Positions 1-11,723 of a stretch of 64,000 nt of DNA are shown here, piece by piece; the stretch's first letter is position 1; every line of letters begins with the position of its first letter. The DNA comes from Macrostomum lignano (lineage: Eukaryota). The notes under the pieces were generated by a model. The model searched no databases and was not told the origin of the DNA. It saw only the letters and a list, made by a program, of their open reading frames with translations. The stretch covers positions 186,001-250,000 of the forward strand of contig NIVC01001654.1 in NCBI GenBank assembly GCA_002269645.1. The letters are read 5' to 3'. The position numbers were made by a program, and so were the translations under genes.

Positions 1-3
1 GAG

Positions 4-1887
4 TCAGAGGATTCGGATTACAGGCAGGCCTAAGCTCAACCGAAGCAAGAAAAGCAGGGGGCAGTGAAAGCGGTCAGACTCACGAGTGGAGGCGTTGAGC
101 GGCTGCCTGCAGGTGCTGTGGGTTTCTGGAATGTGTGAAGGAAAGGGAGGTAAGTTGGTGAAGTGATTGCAAGTACTCGTAGAATGGAAACTAACTGCAA
201 CTGACTCGGTGGCATTTAGCAGCCTCAGCACCTGCCGCTGCTCAAATCGCTGTGCGAGCTGCGCACACGTGAGGCCCTGATTGTCTCGATGACTGGCATC
301 GGCTCCATTGTCGATGAGAGTCTTGGCTGCTCGCACGTGACCGGCTTGGCAGGCTCGTGACAGAGCAGTGCGACCGTGAGTGTCTTGTGCGTGCAGTGAG
401 GCGCCGAGATGGATGAGTTTGTGAATGAGTTCGTGATGACCTGCATCAGCTGCGAGCATGAGAGCGGTGGCTCCGGTGTTGTCGTCTGGGAGATCGACAT
501 GCTGTGTGCTGAATCGGTGATGATTGAGCAGTGAGGTGGCAAGAGCGACGAGTCTTTGAGACATGGAGATGCGGAGGAGCTGTGTTATTTGAGCTGGCGC
601 CATTCGAGAAAGGGTATCAGTGAGAACAGAGTTCCTGCCTTCGATGGCCATAGCAGCAGTGAAGCTGAGGATGGTGCTGTATTGGAGGAGCCATTGGGGC
701 TCGAGGCCGACGGAGGCAACGGCATTTTCGTGAAGACGAGTGCAAGCCGCGACCGCGCACTGGAAACGGAGATTCGCTTCTAGACCGGGACTTGAAAGAC
801 GAGAGATGAGGAACTTGACGATTTCAGAGTGACCACAGATTGCAGCCTTTTCGGCAGCTTTGATGCAGGTGTCCCTGTTTGATTGCTCATTGATTTGTGG
901 GACGAGAAACTTGACGATTTTAAAGTGACCATTGATTGCAGCAGATATGGCAGCTTTGATGCAGCAGGTGTCCCTGTTTGATTGGTCATTGATTTGTGGG
1001 ACGAGAAACTTGACGATTTTAAAGTGACCATTGATTGCAGCAGATATGGCAGCTTTGATGCAGCAGGTGTCCCTGTTTGATTGGTCATTGATTCGTGGGA
1101 CGAGAAACTTGACGATTTTAAAGTGACCATTGATTGCAGCAGATTCGGCAGCTTTGATGCAGCAGGTGTCCCTGTTTGATTGGTCATTGATTTGTGGGAC
1201 GAGAAACTTGACGACTTCAAAGTGACCACGGATTGCAGCAGATTCGGCAGCTTTGATGCAGCAGGTGTCCCTGTTGGATTGGTCATTGATTTGTGGGACG
1301 AGAAACTTGACGACTTCAAAGTGACCACGGATTGCAGCAGATTCGGCAGCTCTGATGCAGCAGGTGTCCCTGTTGGATTGGTCATTGATTTGTGGGACGA
1401 GAAACTTGACGACTTCAAAGTGACCACTGATTGCAGCATTTTCGGCAGCTCTGATGCAGCAGGTGTCCCTGTTTGATTGGTCAATTATGTGTGGGACCAG
1501 AAACTTGACGATTTCAAAGTGACCATATTCTGCAGAATTTTCGGCAGCTTTGATGCAGCAGATGTCCCTGTTTGATTGGTCAATTATGTGTGGGACCAGA
1601 AACTTGACGATTTCAAAGTCACCAATTAATACAGCAGTTTCGGCAGCTTTGATGCAGCAGGTGTCCCTGTTTGATTGGTCATTGATTTGTGAGAGGAGAA
1701 AATTAGCGATTTCAAAGTGACCATTGATTGCAGCCTTTTCGGCAGCTTTGATGCAGCAGATGTCCCTGTTTGATTGGTCATTGATCTGTGGGACGAGAAA
1801 CTGGACGATTTCAAAGTGACCACGAATTGCAGCAGCAAAAATGTGTTCCGTGGTCGGTCGCTGATGTCGGCTTTGACTTTGACCCAT
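4..1887 (-). CDS. Ankyrin-repeat exon of ANK-cGLR paralog A; the gene probably continues beyond the left edge of the window
   Basis: 627-aa ORF with ~11 tandem 33-aa repeats (AAxxAAxxGHFEIVKFLVPQINDQSNRDTCCIK) followed by 3 canonical ANK repeats (TALMLAADAGH, TALSRACQAGH). Highly similar to exon 1 of gene B (17960-18785). Starts MGQSQS. Confidence 0.85.
   Translation of the reverse strand: MGQSQSRHQRPTTEHIFAAAIRGHFEIVQFLVPQINDQSNRDICCIKAAEKAAINGHFEIANFLLSQINDQSNRDTCCIKAAETAVLIGDFEIVKFLVPHIIDQSNRDICCIKAAENSAEYGHFEIVKFLVPHIIDQSNRDTCCIRAAENAAISGHFEVVKFLVPQINDQSNRDTCCIRAAESAAIRGHFEVVKFLVPQINDQSNRDTCCIKAAESAAIRGHFEVVKFLVPQINDQSNRDTCCIKAAESAAINGHFKIVKFLVPRINDQSNRDTCCIKAAISAAINGHFKIVKFLVPQINDQSNRDTCCIKAAISAAINGHFKIVKFLVPQINEQSNRDTCIKAAEKAAICGHSEIVKFLISRLSSPGLEANLRFQCAVAACTRLHENAVASVGLEPQWLLQYSTILSFTAAMAIEGRNSVLTDTLSRMAPAQITQLLRISMSQRLVALATSLLNHHRFSTQHVDLPDDNTGATALMLAADAGHHELIHKLIHLGASLHAQDTHGRTALSRACQAGHVRAAKTLIDNGADASHRDNQGLTCAQLAQRFEQRQVLRLLNATESVAVSFHSTSTCNHFTNLPPFPSHIPETHSTCRQPLNASTRESDRFHCPLLFLLRLSLGLPVIRIL
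800..1835 (-). repeat. 99-bp coding tandem repeat (33-aa ankyrin-like unit, ~11 copies)
   Basis: 99-nt period visible directly, e.g. gcagcaggtgtccctgtttgattggtcattg at 961 and 1060. Confidence 0.95.
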
Positions 1888-2035
1888 TGTTCTAAAAAGC
1901 CGTATTGGATAAAAAAGGTTAAGTGGGAGAAAAAAGGAGAATGGCAGGAAGAGGAGAGGGAGTGGAAATACAGCTTTGTAGCTGTAAATTTTTTAATGAA
2001 TTTAGAAGAGACTATGAACCTTGCCTGCAATCTTT

Positions 2036-2584
2036 GGCTGCTGTCAGAGCGGCAGATGTCAGTCACGGTTTGTCAGAGTGGCAGATGTCAGTCACGGCTG
2101 CTGTCAGAGTGGCAGATGTCAGTCACGGCTGCTGTCAGAGTGGCAGATGTCAGTCACGGCTGCTGTCAGAGTGGCAGATGTCAGTCACGGCTGCTGTCAG
2201 AGTGGCAGATGTCAGTCACGGCTGCTGTCAGAGTGGCAGATGTCAGTCACGGCTGCTGTCAGAGTGGCAGATGTCAGTCACGGCTGCTGACAGAGTGGCA
2301 GATGTTAGTCACGGCTGCTGTCAGAGTGGCAGATGTCAGTCACGGCTGCTGTCAGAGCGGCAGATGTGAGTCACGGCTGCTGTCAGAGTGGCAGATGTCA
2401 GTCACGGCTGCTGTCAGAGCGGCAGATGTCAGTCACGGCTGCTGACAGAGTGGCAGATGTCAGTCACGGCTGCTGTCAGAGTGGCAGATGTCAGTCACGG
2501 CTGCTGTCAGAGCGGCAGATGTGAGTCACGGCTGCTGTCAGAGTGGCAGATGTCAGTCACGGCTGCTGTCAGAGCGGCAGGTGT
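2036..2584. repeat. 31-bp minisatellite (~17 copies) upstream of ANK gene A
   Basis: Unit gtcagagtggcagatgtcagtcacggctgct; same unit at 19203-19661. Confidence 0.95.
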
Positions 2585-3271
2585 TTCAAAGGTTTGTGCA
2601 GCCGGTTGCCAGAAAGATTTTACCGCCTCATCTCTCAGCTGCCCCCCTTTTGCAGCCTCTGGCGAGGCCACCCCTTGACCACCCCGGCCTTAGCAACCGA
2701 AACTTTTCTCTCAAGCGTGAGCGCTTTTGCCTCTGTGCACCCAGCATGGCAACGGAGAGACTGCGGCTGCAGCGGCCAACCCCAGCTGTACTTGATGAGG
2801 CTGAGCTGACCCATTGTGCCTCAGTGCAGTGTGAGATCTTTAAATGCATTTAATGGCCCACTGAGCGGTGTAAAATGCTGCTCAGTACCGCAGTGCATCG
2901 GTTTGAGTAGGCGGTCAAATGTACAGAAATGCATTGTTAAATTTGGCCAGTTTTCTCTCTCACTCTGCTCACTGGCCTTCTTAACTGCAGCAGCTGCAGA
3001 GCATTGGCTGGCTGGCAACAGGGCTCAGGCTCTCTCCCGACTCTCCTATGCTTTCGCCTGCTTCTCTCGTGCGCAGCTCAGGCAGTTGAGAGTCTGCTGG
3101 GCTGAGTTTGGCGAGTGCATTTAGCAGCAATAATTGACATTCTTTTGCTTTTCTACAGAAGCCTCTCATCACTGCCGCTCCTTCTGTTTCATGTTTTGAA
3201 CAGGTGGCAACCGGCCCCTGTGGCAGAACTTGGCTTGCAAGCGCAGGCAGAAACTTGCAGTGATGATTGCT

Positions 3272-4067
3272 CGGCAAGAGACAGGGGTGCCCGGCAAGAG
3301 ACAGGGGTGCCCGGCAAGAGACAGGGGTGCCCGGCAAGAGACAGGGGTGCCCGGCAAGAGACAGGGGTGCCCGGCAAGAGACAGGGGTGCCTGGCAAGGG
3401 ACAGGGGTGCCCGAAAAAAGACAGGGGTCCCTGGCAAGAGACAGGGGTGCCCGGCAAGAGACAGGGGTGCCTGGCAAGAGACAGGGGTGCCCGACAAAAG
3501 ACAGGGGTGCCTGGCAAGAGACAAGGGTGCCCGGCAAGAGACAGGGGTGCCCGGCAAGAGACAGGGGTGCCCGGCAAAAGACAGGGGTGCCCGGCAAAAG
3601 ACAGGGGTGCCCGGCAAAAGACAGGGGTGCCTGGCAAGAGACAGGGGTGCCCGGCAAGAGACAGGGGTGCCCGGCAAGAGACAGGGGTGCCCGGCAAGAG
3701 ACAGGGGTGCCCGGCAAGAGACAGGGGTGCCCGGCAAAAGACAGGGGTGCCCGGCAAAAGACAGGGGTGCCCGGCAAAAGACAGGGGTGCCTGGCAAGAG
3801 ACAGGGGTGCCCGGCAAGAGACAGGGGCGCCCGGCAAGAGACAGGGGTGCCCGGCAAGAGACAGGGGTGCCCGGCAAGAGACAGGGGTGCCTGGCAAGAG
3901 ACAGGGGTGCCCGGCAAGAGACAGGGGTGCCCGGCAAGAGACAGGGGTGCCCGGTAAAAGACAGGGGTGCCCGGCAAAAGACAGGGGTGCCTGGCAAGAG
4001 ACAGGGGTGCCTGGCAAAAGACAGGGGTACCTGGCAAGAGACAGGGGTGCCCGGCAAGAGACAGGGG
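3272..4067. repeat. 20-bp minisatellite (~40 copies)
   Basis: Unit ggcaagagacaggggtgccc. Confidence 0.97.
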
Positions 4068-5411
4068 ACGTCCCAGTCGGATTAGTGGAATCGCAATTAA
4101 ATCTGAGCATAGGGTTTGCAAACAGGGGCAGAGCAGCGCCAAACCCGTCAGACTCTCTTGCCTCGACCCTGGGTTCGATTCGAGCGCGGCCGCAATCACT
4201 CGGGCTTGTGTGAGCAGGAAAAATTGGCCCAGTGAGTTTCCGTGCGACTCACAGCCGGCCAACCCCCTGGCACAGAGTGTGCATGAGTGCGGTGCCTGCG
4301 TACAGCATTGGCGCGCTTGCATGGCTCAGGAGTCGCCGTCAGCGCTGGTTGCGGTACGATGCCGTCGAAGGTGTTGCGCCAGAGAGCCCACAGCGCTACT
4401 GCGAATCCTGATTAATTTAAGAGCCTGCAGATGCGCTTCATTTCTGATTTCGATGCCTTCTGCTTTTTAAAAAAAACCACAGTTCCAAACTCTTGTCCTG
4501 ACCCTCCGCTGCAGCCACTGCACCCAAAGAAGAGCAGCGCCTGAGGCAAAATGGCAAAAGAAAAGCGCCGAAAATGATCTCGCAGTCTCTGACCTTCATC
4601 TGGAACGGCCCCACCCAGCTCAGCACTCGCAGCTGCAAATAGAAAACTGCTCGAGTTCGTAATCACCTCATACTGGCCTCTCGAACCACCCAACCCCCCG
4701 AAACCACTATCTCAGAGACGATAAACAAAAAGTATAGCTAGAATGCAGCTCCATCAAGCTCACCTACTCAAAAGAGACTGAGTATAGCACTGCTGGTTGC
4801 CCCCGGAAACCGCAGAGGCTGGAAAGATCGCGCATTTAAACCGCAGGGAGGCTGGCAGAGCGGTCGATGTGCTGTCCTGAGAGTAGCGAGCGAGCAGAGA
4901 TAATTGCTGCTTGAGGTTGAGCTGGCCTCTCTAACCACCCTGTCCCTACGCCTCAACGCTGCGTTTTTCTGTCATAAATAACTTTTGTTAACAGCCATTG
5001 TTAGCAGGAATGCAAAATGCAGTGCATTGCTGCGGCAGAGAGCTGGATTGGGTTGCCAGAGCTCGGCTGCACTTTAATGATAAACACCTGATGAAGCCCG
5101 AGACTGCAGTTGAGAGACTGAGCAGCTCAGCCAAAATGCGTCTTCGAAAAAAACGAAAAATTGCATGAACTGTGGTTCATTTCAGTGCGATTGGCCTGAG
5201 GCGATTCTCTGAGGCGATAACAATCTGATGGAATGGATTGGTTTTTAGTGGAGATGTACCAATTGGTCACTTACATTTCCTTTATGGAAGCCACAGAGAT
5301 TGAAGTACAGTTGCTTTCGCCAACTTCAATCAATGAAGCATTGGGACAGAAGCTGCATCATTAGTTTTAGACAACATTAATCAGGGAGACAAATCAGATG
5401 CATGTATCAGA

Positions 5412-5671
5412 CAGTCCCTACAGACACCATCCCTACAGTCACCATCCCTACAGTTACCATCCCTACAGTCACCATCCCTACAGTCACCATCCCTACAGCC
5501 ACCATCCCTACAGTCACCATCCCTACAGTCACCATCCCTACAGCCACCATCCCTACAGTCACCATCCCTACAGTCACCATCCCTACAGCCACCATCCCTA
5601 CAGTCACCATCCCTACAGTCACCATCCCTACAGTCACCATCCCTACAGTCCCCATCCCTACAGTCCCCATC
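5412..5671. repeat. 15-bp minisatellite (~17 copies)
   Basis: Unit cagtcaccatcccta. Confidence 0.95.
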
Positions 5672-5777
5672 AGAAATTGGCTTTTGTGTCAGCAATTGCA
5701 TCATCGAAACTTGAGATTGAAGTCCTCTGACAACAAAGATTGGTGCGACTTGACACCAAAGACTAGCTTGTAGTTCT

Positions 5778-6184
5778 TATCTGACACCCTCTAGATTTGA
5801 GCACCATCTGACACCCTCTAGATTGGCGCCCCATCTGACACTCCTAGATTGGCGCCCCATCTGACACCCTCTAGATTGGAGCCCCATCTGACACCCTCAA
5901 ATTGGCGCCCCATTTGACACCCTCAAATTGGCGCCCATCTGACACCCTCAAATTGGCGCCCCATTTGACACCCTCAAATTGGCGCCCATCTGACACCCTC
6001 AAATTGGCGCCCCATCTGACACCCCCAAATTGGCGCCCCATCTGACACCCTCAAATTGGCGCCCCATCTGACACCCTCTAGATTGACGTCCCATCTGACA
6101 CTCTCTAGATTGACGCCCCATCTGACACCCTCTAGATTGGAGTCCCATCTGACACTCTCTAGATTGGCGCCCCATCTGACACCC
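5778..6184. repeat. 26-27-bp minisatellite
   Basis: Unit ccccatctgacaccctc(t/a)a(g/a)attggcg. Confidence 0.9.
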
Positions 6185-6399
6185 AGCTGTTGGGGTGAGC
6201 AAGGACTTTCCTGGGCAAACCGAATTCTTATCACCTGTAGCCGCTGCACGGCGATGCTCCGCAAAGGCTGCTCCGGGCTCTCACGAACCGATGGACCTGC
6301 CCGCAATGTACTCTCACCATATCGGTCTCGAGCACCACAGCAGTGACTCAGAAACGGCAAACAACCCACGCTGCCAGTTTCCGTGCCACTACCCGTCAG

Positions 6400-6900
6400 G
6401 AGACGCTGCAGATTCTCCAGTAGAACGCGGACGGCATCTCCACCCGGATCGCTGAGCTGGCGGGCTGTGCCACCAAACTCAAGACGGATGTGATCTTGAT
6501 CCAGGAATCCAGGAATCTTGATTCGCACGAACGACGACACCCAGTTCATTCCCGGTTTCGCCACTTTCCGCGTGGATCGCAAGCATCCTGATGGCGGGGC
6601 TGGTCCGCTGACCTTTATTCGAGACCACCTGGCATACAAGCGCATCCCAGTTGGCACAGCGGAGCCGATCGAGATCTGCCGCGTGCGCATCTTTCTGAGT
6701 GCCAAGAAGGCCTGCTCGTTGACAACATCAACGTCCCGCCGGTCCGCGGTTGCGAGGAACAAACCGAAGAGCTGTGGAACGCCTTCCCTCTGACCTGACG
6801 TCCTCGTTGGTGATTTTATTGCTCACTCGACCACTTTGGACTCGGTCCACCCAGCTGATAGCCAGGGGACACTTTCCTGGACTGGGTGAGCGGCACAAGC
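6400..6900 (+). mobile_element. Degenerate non-LTR retrotransposon (LINE) APE endonuclease fragment
   Basis: Translation LQILQ*NADG...DVILIQES...IPGFATFRVDR...GG.LTFIR...GDFIAHS matches APE motifs (W-N-x-x-G, I-Q-E-S/T, R-x-D-R, G-D-F-N-A-H). Contains a stop and frameshifts. Confidence 0.8.
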
Positions 6901-7284
6901 GGGTATTGAAGCGGCTTTTACTGCACTGCTCTGGGTTGCTAATCTGATTTGTGTAAATACTTTTGTATCATTTGCATCGGTGTGTCTGATGTGCAATGTT
7001 CACTTTATTGTCCCCAACAGAGGTGCACCGTACAGAGGTATCTGCAGTGGTCACACACCAATTTTATCAACTTTCCCAAGAGCTTTACGAAAATATATTT
7101 TTCATTTGTTTTACTGTGGCTCTCGTTTTTGCCCCACAATGCGTGCTTGCGTCACCTTGCAGCTGAGCTCTGCAGCCGCTCCATGTAGCTTTTGGTTCCG
7201 CAAATATAAGCCCGATATTTACTCGGATGTGATGTAACTTGTCCGTTGACTGTCTCCGTGTTGGTTTTGCTTTCTATACTGAGG

Positions 7285-7880
7285 TCCTCAGCTCCATCAC
7301 CCAGCTGCCCAGATCCTCAGCTCCATCACCCACCTGCCCAGATCCTCAGCTCCATCACCCAGCTGCCCAGATCCTCAGCTCCATCACCCACTGCCCAGAT
7401 CCTCAGCTCCATCACCCAGCTGCCGAGAACCTGAGCTCCATCACCCAGCTGCCCAGATCCTCAGCTCCACCACCCAGCTGCCCAGATCCTCAGCTCCATC
7501 ACCCACTGCCCAGATCCTCAACTCTATCACCCAGCTGCCGAGAACCTGAGCTCCATCACCCACCTGCCCACATCCTCAGCTCAATCACCCAGCTGCCCAC
7601 ATCCTCAGCTCCATCACCCAGCTGCCCAGATCCTCAGCTCCATCACCCACTGCCCAGATCCTCAACTCTATCCCCCAGCTGCCGAGAACCTGAGCTCCAT
7701 CACCCATCTGCCCAGCTCCTCAGCTCCATCACCCATCTGCCCAGCTCCTCAGCTCCATCACCCATCTGCCCAGATCCTCAGCTCCATCACCTACCTGCCG
7801 AGAACCTCAGCTCCATCACACAGCTGCCCAGATCCTCAGCTCCATCACCCTGCTGCCCAGATCCTCAGCTTCATCACCAT
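7285..7880. repeat. 28/29-bp minisatellite (~20 copies)
   Basis: Unit cctcagctccatcacccagctgcccagat. Confidence 0.9.
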
Positions 7881-8261
7881 CCTTGCAGGTCCTCTCACCT
7901 ATTTTTAAGCACACAAGTTTCCCATATACTTGTGGAGTTTATTGACACCAGTTCCTATGAAATTGACTGCTATAGTTTATCTGCAAAAAATCTGCAACCA
8001 GTTTCAATATTCCTCACTTTCTTATTTCTACTTCATCAGTAGTGTACCTGAACTGTGAGCACAGATAATGTTATGAAATTAGCGCGTATATTTTCGTGAA
8101 AGGAGCCACACCTCCCCTATTATGGCATTAGACACTAGAGCGTACATTCTACTAACTGATCTATACTTAGTAGTGTAGAGCTTTAGGGGTAGGATGCTTA
8201 AGGCTGCTTTTTAGTGTGTTAGAGGCGAGTAGCTAGAGTGTCAGAGACTGTCAGGGTGCCT

Positions 8262-9461
8262 GAGCTGGCTCAGAATCAGCTGCTCAACTTCCTGCTGAGC
8301 AGAGCTGGTTAACTGGCTCAGAATCAGCTGCTCAACTGCCTGCTGAGCAGAGCTGGTTAACTGGCTCAGAATCTGCTGCTCAACTGCCTGCTGAGCAGAG
8401 CTGGTTAACTGGCTCAGAATCTGCTGCTCAACTGCCTGCTGAGCAGAGCTGGTTAACTGGCTCAGAATCTGCTGCTCAACTGCCTGCTGAGCAGAGCTGG
8501 TTAACTGGCTCAGAATCAGCTGCTCAACTGCCTTCTGAGCAGAGCTGGTTAACTGGCTCAGAATCTGCTGCTCAACTGCCTGCTGAGCAGAGCTGGTTAA
8601 CTGGCTCAGAATCTGCTGCTCAACTGCCTGCTGAGCAGAGCTGGTTAACTGGCTCAGAATCTGCTGCTCAACTGCCTGCTGAGCAGAGCTGGTTAACTGG
8701 CTCAGAATCTGCTGCTCAACTGCCTGCTGAGCACAGCTGGTTAACTGGCTCAGAATCTGCTGCTCAACTGCCTGCTGAGCAGAGCTGGTTAACTGGCTCA
8801 GAATCTGCTGCTCAACTGCCTGCTGAGCAGAGCTGGTTAAATGGCTCAGAATCTGCTGCTCAACTGCCTGCTGAGCAGAGCTGGTTAACTGGCTCAGAAT
8901 CTGCTGCTCAACTGCCTGCTGAGCAGAGCTGGTTAACTGGCTCAGAATCTGCTGCTCAACTGCCTGCTGAGCAGAGCTGGTTAACTGGCTCAGAATCAGC
9001 TGCTCAACTGCCTTCTGAGCAGAGCTGGTTAACTGGCTCAGAATCTGCTGCTCAACTGCCTGCTGAGCAGAGCTGGTTAACTGGCTCAGAATCTGCTGCT
9101 CAACTGCCTGCTGAGCAGAGCTGGTTAACTGGCTCAGAATCTGCTGCTCAACTGCCTGCTGAGCAGAGCTGGTTAACTGGCTCAGAATCTGCTGCTCAAC
9201 TGCCTGCTGAGCACAGCTGGCTAACTGGCTCAGAATCTGCTGCTCAACTGCCTGCTGAGCAGAGCTGGTTAACTGGCTCAGAATCTGCTGCTCAACTGCC
9301 TGCTGAGCACAGCTGGTTAACTGGCTCAGAATCTGCTGCTCAACTGCCTGCTGAGCAGAGCTGGTTAACTGGCTCAGAATCTGCTGCTCAACTGCCTGCT
9401 GAGCAGAGCTGGTTAACTGGCTCAGAATCTGCTGCTCAACTGCCTGCTGAGCAGAGCTGGT
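8262..9461. repeat. 48-bp minisatellite (~25 copies) with a 480-bp higher-order duplication
   Basis: Unit gagctggttaactggctcagaatctgctgctcaactgcctgctgagca; variant units recur 480 bp apart (~8515/8995 and ~8730/9210). Confidence 0.95.
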
Positions 9462-9479
9462 GAACTGAATCGCCTTAAC

Positions 9480-10105
9480 TGGCACTGGAAATCGCTCACA
9501 AAAATCGCCCCAAATCAAGACGAAGCGCGCGATGCCCCGCAAAGAAGCCAACAACCCGGAGGCGCACATCACCACCAAGAAGCTGTTTGTCGGCGCCCTT
9601 CGCAAGGACGTCACCGACCAGCTGCTGCGGGACTTTCTCAGCCTACGGCACCATTGTCGACGCGTACATCGTCAGGGACAACGCCACGGGAGACAGTCGC
9701 GGCTTCGGCTTCGTCGTGTTCGATGACTATGACCCCGTGGACAAAGCGATGCTGTACAAGCCTCACCTGCTGCGCGCTGGAGGCTCAGTCAGCATCACGG
9801 ACGTGAAGAAAGGCCTCACCAAGGAGGAGCTGGCCAGAGCGCACCTTCTCGAGCAGCAGCAGTCTCGGCATGGAGGCCAACATGGGCGGCCCTCCCGGCG
9901 CTATGATGATGTCAGGCGGTGCCATGGGGCCCTGGGGTCCCATGATGGGACCCATGATGGGCGGCGGCAGCGGACCGAAGCCGCCGCAGCAGCAGCAGCA
10001 GCACGGAAAGCAGCCGCAGGCCGCGTCTTCAAAGCCCATCAAGAGTCCCGCTGGGGCTGGCGGCGGCGGCGGCCCAGCACCCAACGGCATGGGCGGCCCT
10101 GGAGG
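9480..10105 (+). pseudogene. hnRNP A/B-like RRM2 plus Gly/Met-rich tail; RRM1 missing; frameshifted
   Basis: KTKRAMPRKEANNPEAHITTKKLFVG...RGFGFVVFDDYDPVDK parallels the hnRNP A1 linker and RRM2 (RNP2/RNP1). Frameshifts near 9510, 9635 and 9865; intronless. Confidence 0.7.
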
Positions 10106-10106
10106 C

Positions 10107-10315
10107 TCGATTGGAGGAGAGAAGGGAGGGAGAAGGAGGGAAAGGAGAAGGAGGGAAGGGAGAAGGAGGGGAAAGAGAAGGAGGGGAGGGAGAAGGAGGG
10201 AAGGGAGAAGGAGGGGAAAGAGAAGGAGGGAGGAAGAGGGAGGGGAGGGAGAAGGAGGGGAAAGAGAAGGAGGGGCTCAGGGAGAAGGAAGGGAGAGGGA
10301 GAAGGAGAGAGGGAG
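10107..10315. repeat. Purine-rich ~15-bp repeat tract
   Basis: gagaaggaggg(g/a)aa units, almost no pyrimidines. Confidence 0.85.
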
Positions 10316-10626
10316 CTGGTAATCCCAAATAAGGAAAGCTCATAAAACAAAAATCTCAGCGCAGATCGAGTAAGTTCAAATTCTATTTAGCTCCAGTCTG
10401 ATTCCATAAAAATTATAACTAAGCCCAAATATCCATAAAAACCTAGCTAAGGACAGAAATAAGGACATGATGCCACTTTTGATTTTGTAATGCCTGAAAA
10501 TATTTGTCCGTTTATTTCAATATCTGACAGCTCATTAATCGCAGACGCAGCTGTCGTTAAAATTTGTTAGAATAGAGTTCAATCTTAACAATTGACGTGT
10601 TCCGTTTGAGATGGGGACTCGCAGTA

Positions 10627-11310
10627 TCAACCGCTGTTGCCACCCGAGCTGCTGACATTGCCGCATCTGGGCAGCTGCTTCTTGAACAGCGGAACCCAAA
10701 CGCAGTACACGGCCCAGCTCAGAGCGCAGTTGACGTAGAACAGATAGTTCAGACACTTTGCCAACGGAAATATGAGCGACAGAATGTCAGAAATTGACAG
10801 CCTAAAAATTGACAGAATGCTCCAGCGATCAATAATTATTCATCTAGAAGTAGAGTTTGCTACAGACAACTTAACTAAGAGGCTATAGTGCAACTAGGAG
10901 TACAAACCGTCTCCCAAGAGCGCAATCCGACGATATCCGTCGACCTTCACGCATGCACTGAATTAAACTTTCATTCTGAAATAGCTCGTATAATAGCAAC
11001 AAAGGTTAGTGAGTCCCAATGAAACTCACGAGATGAGCATGGTAGAGAAGTCTGAGGCTGTGATGGCGCACAAGATAAAGTGGCTGCCCTTCAGCTGAGA
11101 TCGAACCTTAATCACACAGTAAATGACAAAAACCGCACCAATTATCGCCACTAGAAAAATCGGTGGAGCAATGTAAATCCTCAGGTTCTCTGATATCAGA
11201 ATGGCGATTTTGGCAGCCTCGAGGAGCGACGACGGCTGACTTGATGGTGTCTTTGTGGGAAGCCCAGTAAGAGATCCGGTTATTATTTCCAATCCCAATT
11301 GCAAGCTCAA
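10627..11310 (-). pseudogene. Rhodopsin-like peptide GPCR remnant (TM1-2 exon, ECL3 mini-exon and TM7 exon; TM3-6 absent)
   Basis: IAPPIFLVAIIGAVFVIYCV...ILCAITASDF ends at a GTGAGT donor (11029). The last exon 10801-10627 reads LNYLFYVNCALSWAVYCVWVPLFKKQL, resembling a TM7 NxxxY/helix-8 pattern. Confidence 0.5.
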
Positions 11311-11369
11311 AAATAATTGCTCAATAATTAATAATTGCTCAATAATTGCTCAAAAAAACGCGAGGAAAG

Positions 11370-11568
11370 AAGCATCAAGCCAGACAAAAGACGCATCATG
11401 TAAAAAATAAAGTGTCATGTAAAAACTCCGTTTCAAACATAAAAGAAGCGTCTTGGAGAGAATTGCTGAGATGTAAATCCTGCGGTCAGAAGCGACAGTT
11501 TTTTTTCAAAAAAATGTATTTTTTTCCTTGTTAGTTCCCTAACGAGGGGGGGGGGGCTGAGTGCCAGT
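11370..11568 (+). mobile_element. Short relic of the Helitron family seen at 37-50.6 kb
   Basis: Contains catcatgtaaaaaa and aaagaagcgtc satellite-like monomers, gaattgctgagatgt, and a degenerate 3' end (ccctaacg-G-run...gccagt). Confidence 0.5.
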
Positions 11569-11723
11569 AAATACTCAAATTGCCAACCAATCAAACAAAT
11601 TCTTGCCTTCCAGCCAGAAATTTGGATTCATCTTCCGAGAGTTGAAAAATCTTTATAAGAGCGGAAGGATGGATAGATATTGCACTCAGTTCAGTTCAAT
11701 TCAGCCCAAAAAGCACACAAAAT

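Noticed and set aside
2021-4322. Many long overlapping ORFs (e.g. 2981-4057, 3230-4213)
   Set aside because: They arise from stop-poor 31-bp and 20-bp minisatellites open in several frames on both strands; no domain signal
8241-9614. 457-aa Gln-rich ORF (SQLTSSAQQAVEQQIL)n
   Set aside because: It is the reverse translation of a 48-bp repeat that is a multiple of 3, antisense to the hnRNP remnant, with no unique coding flank
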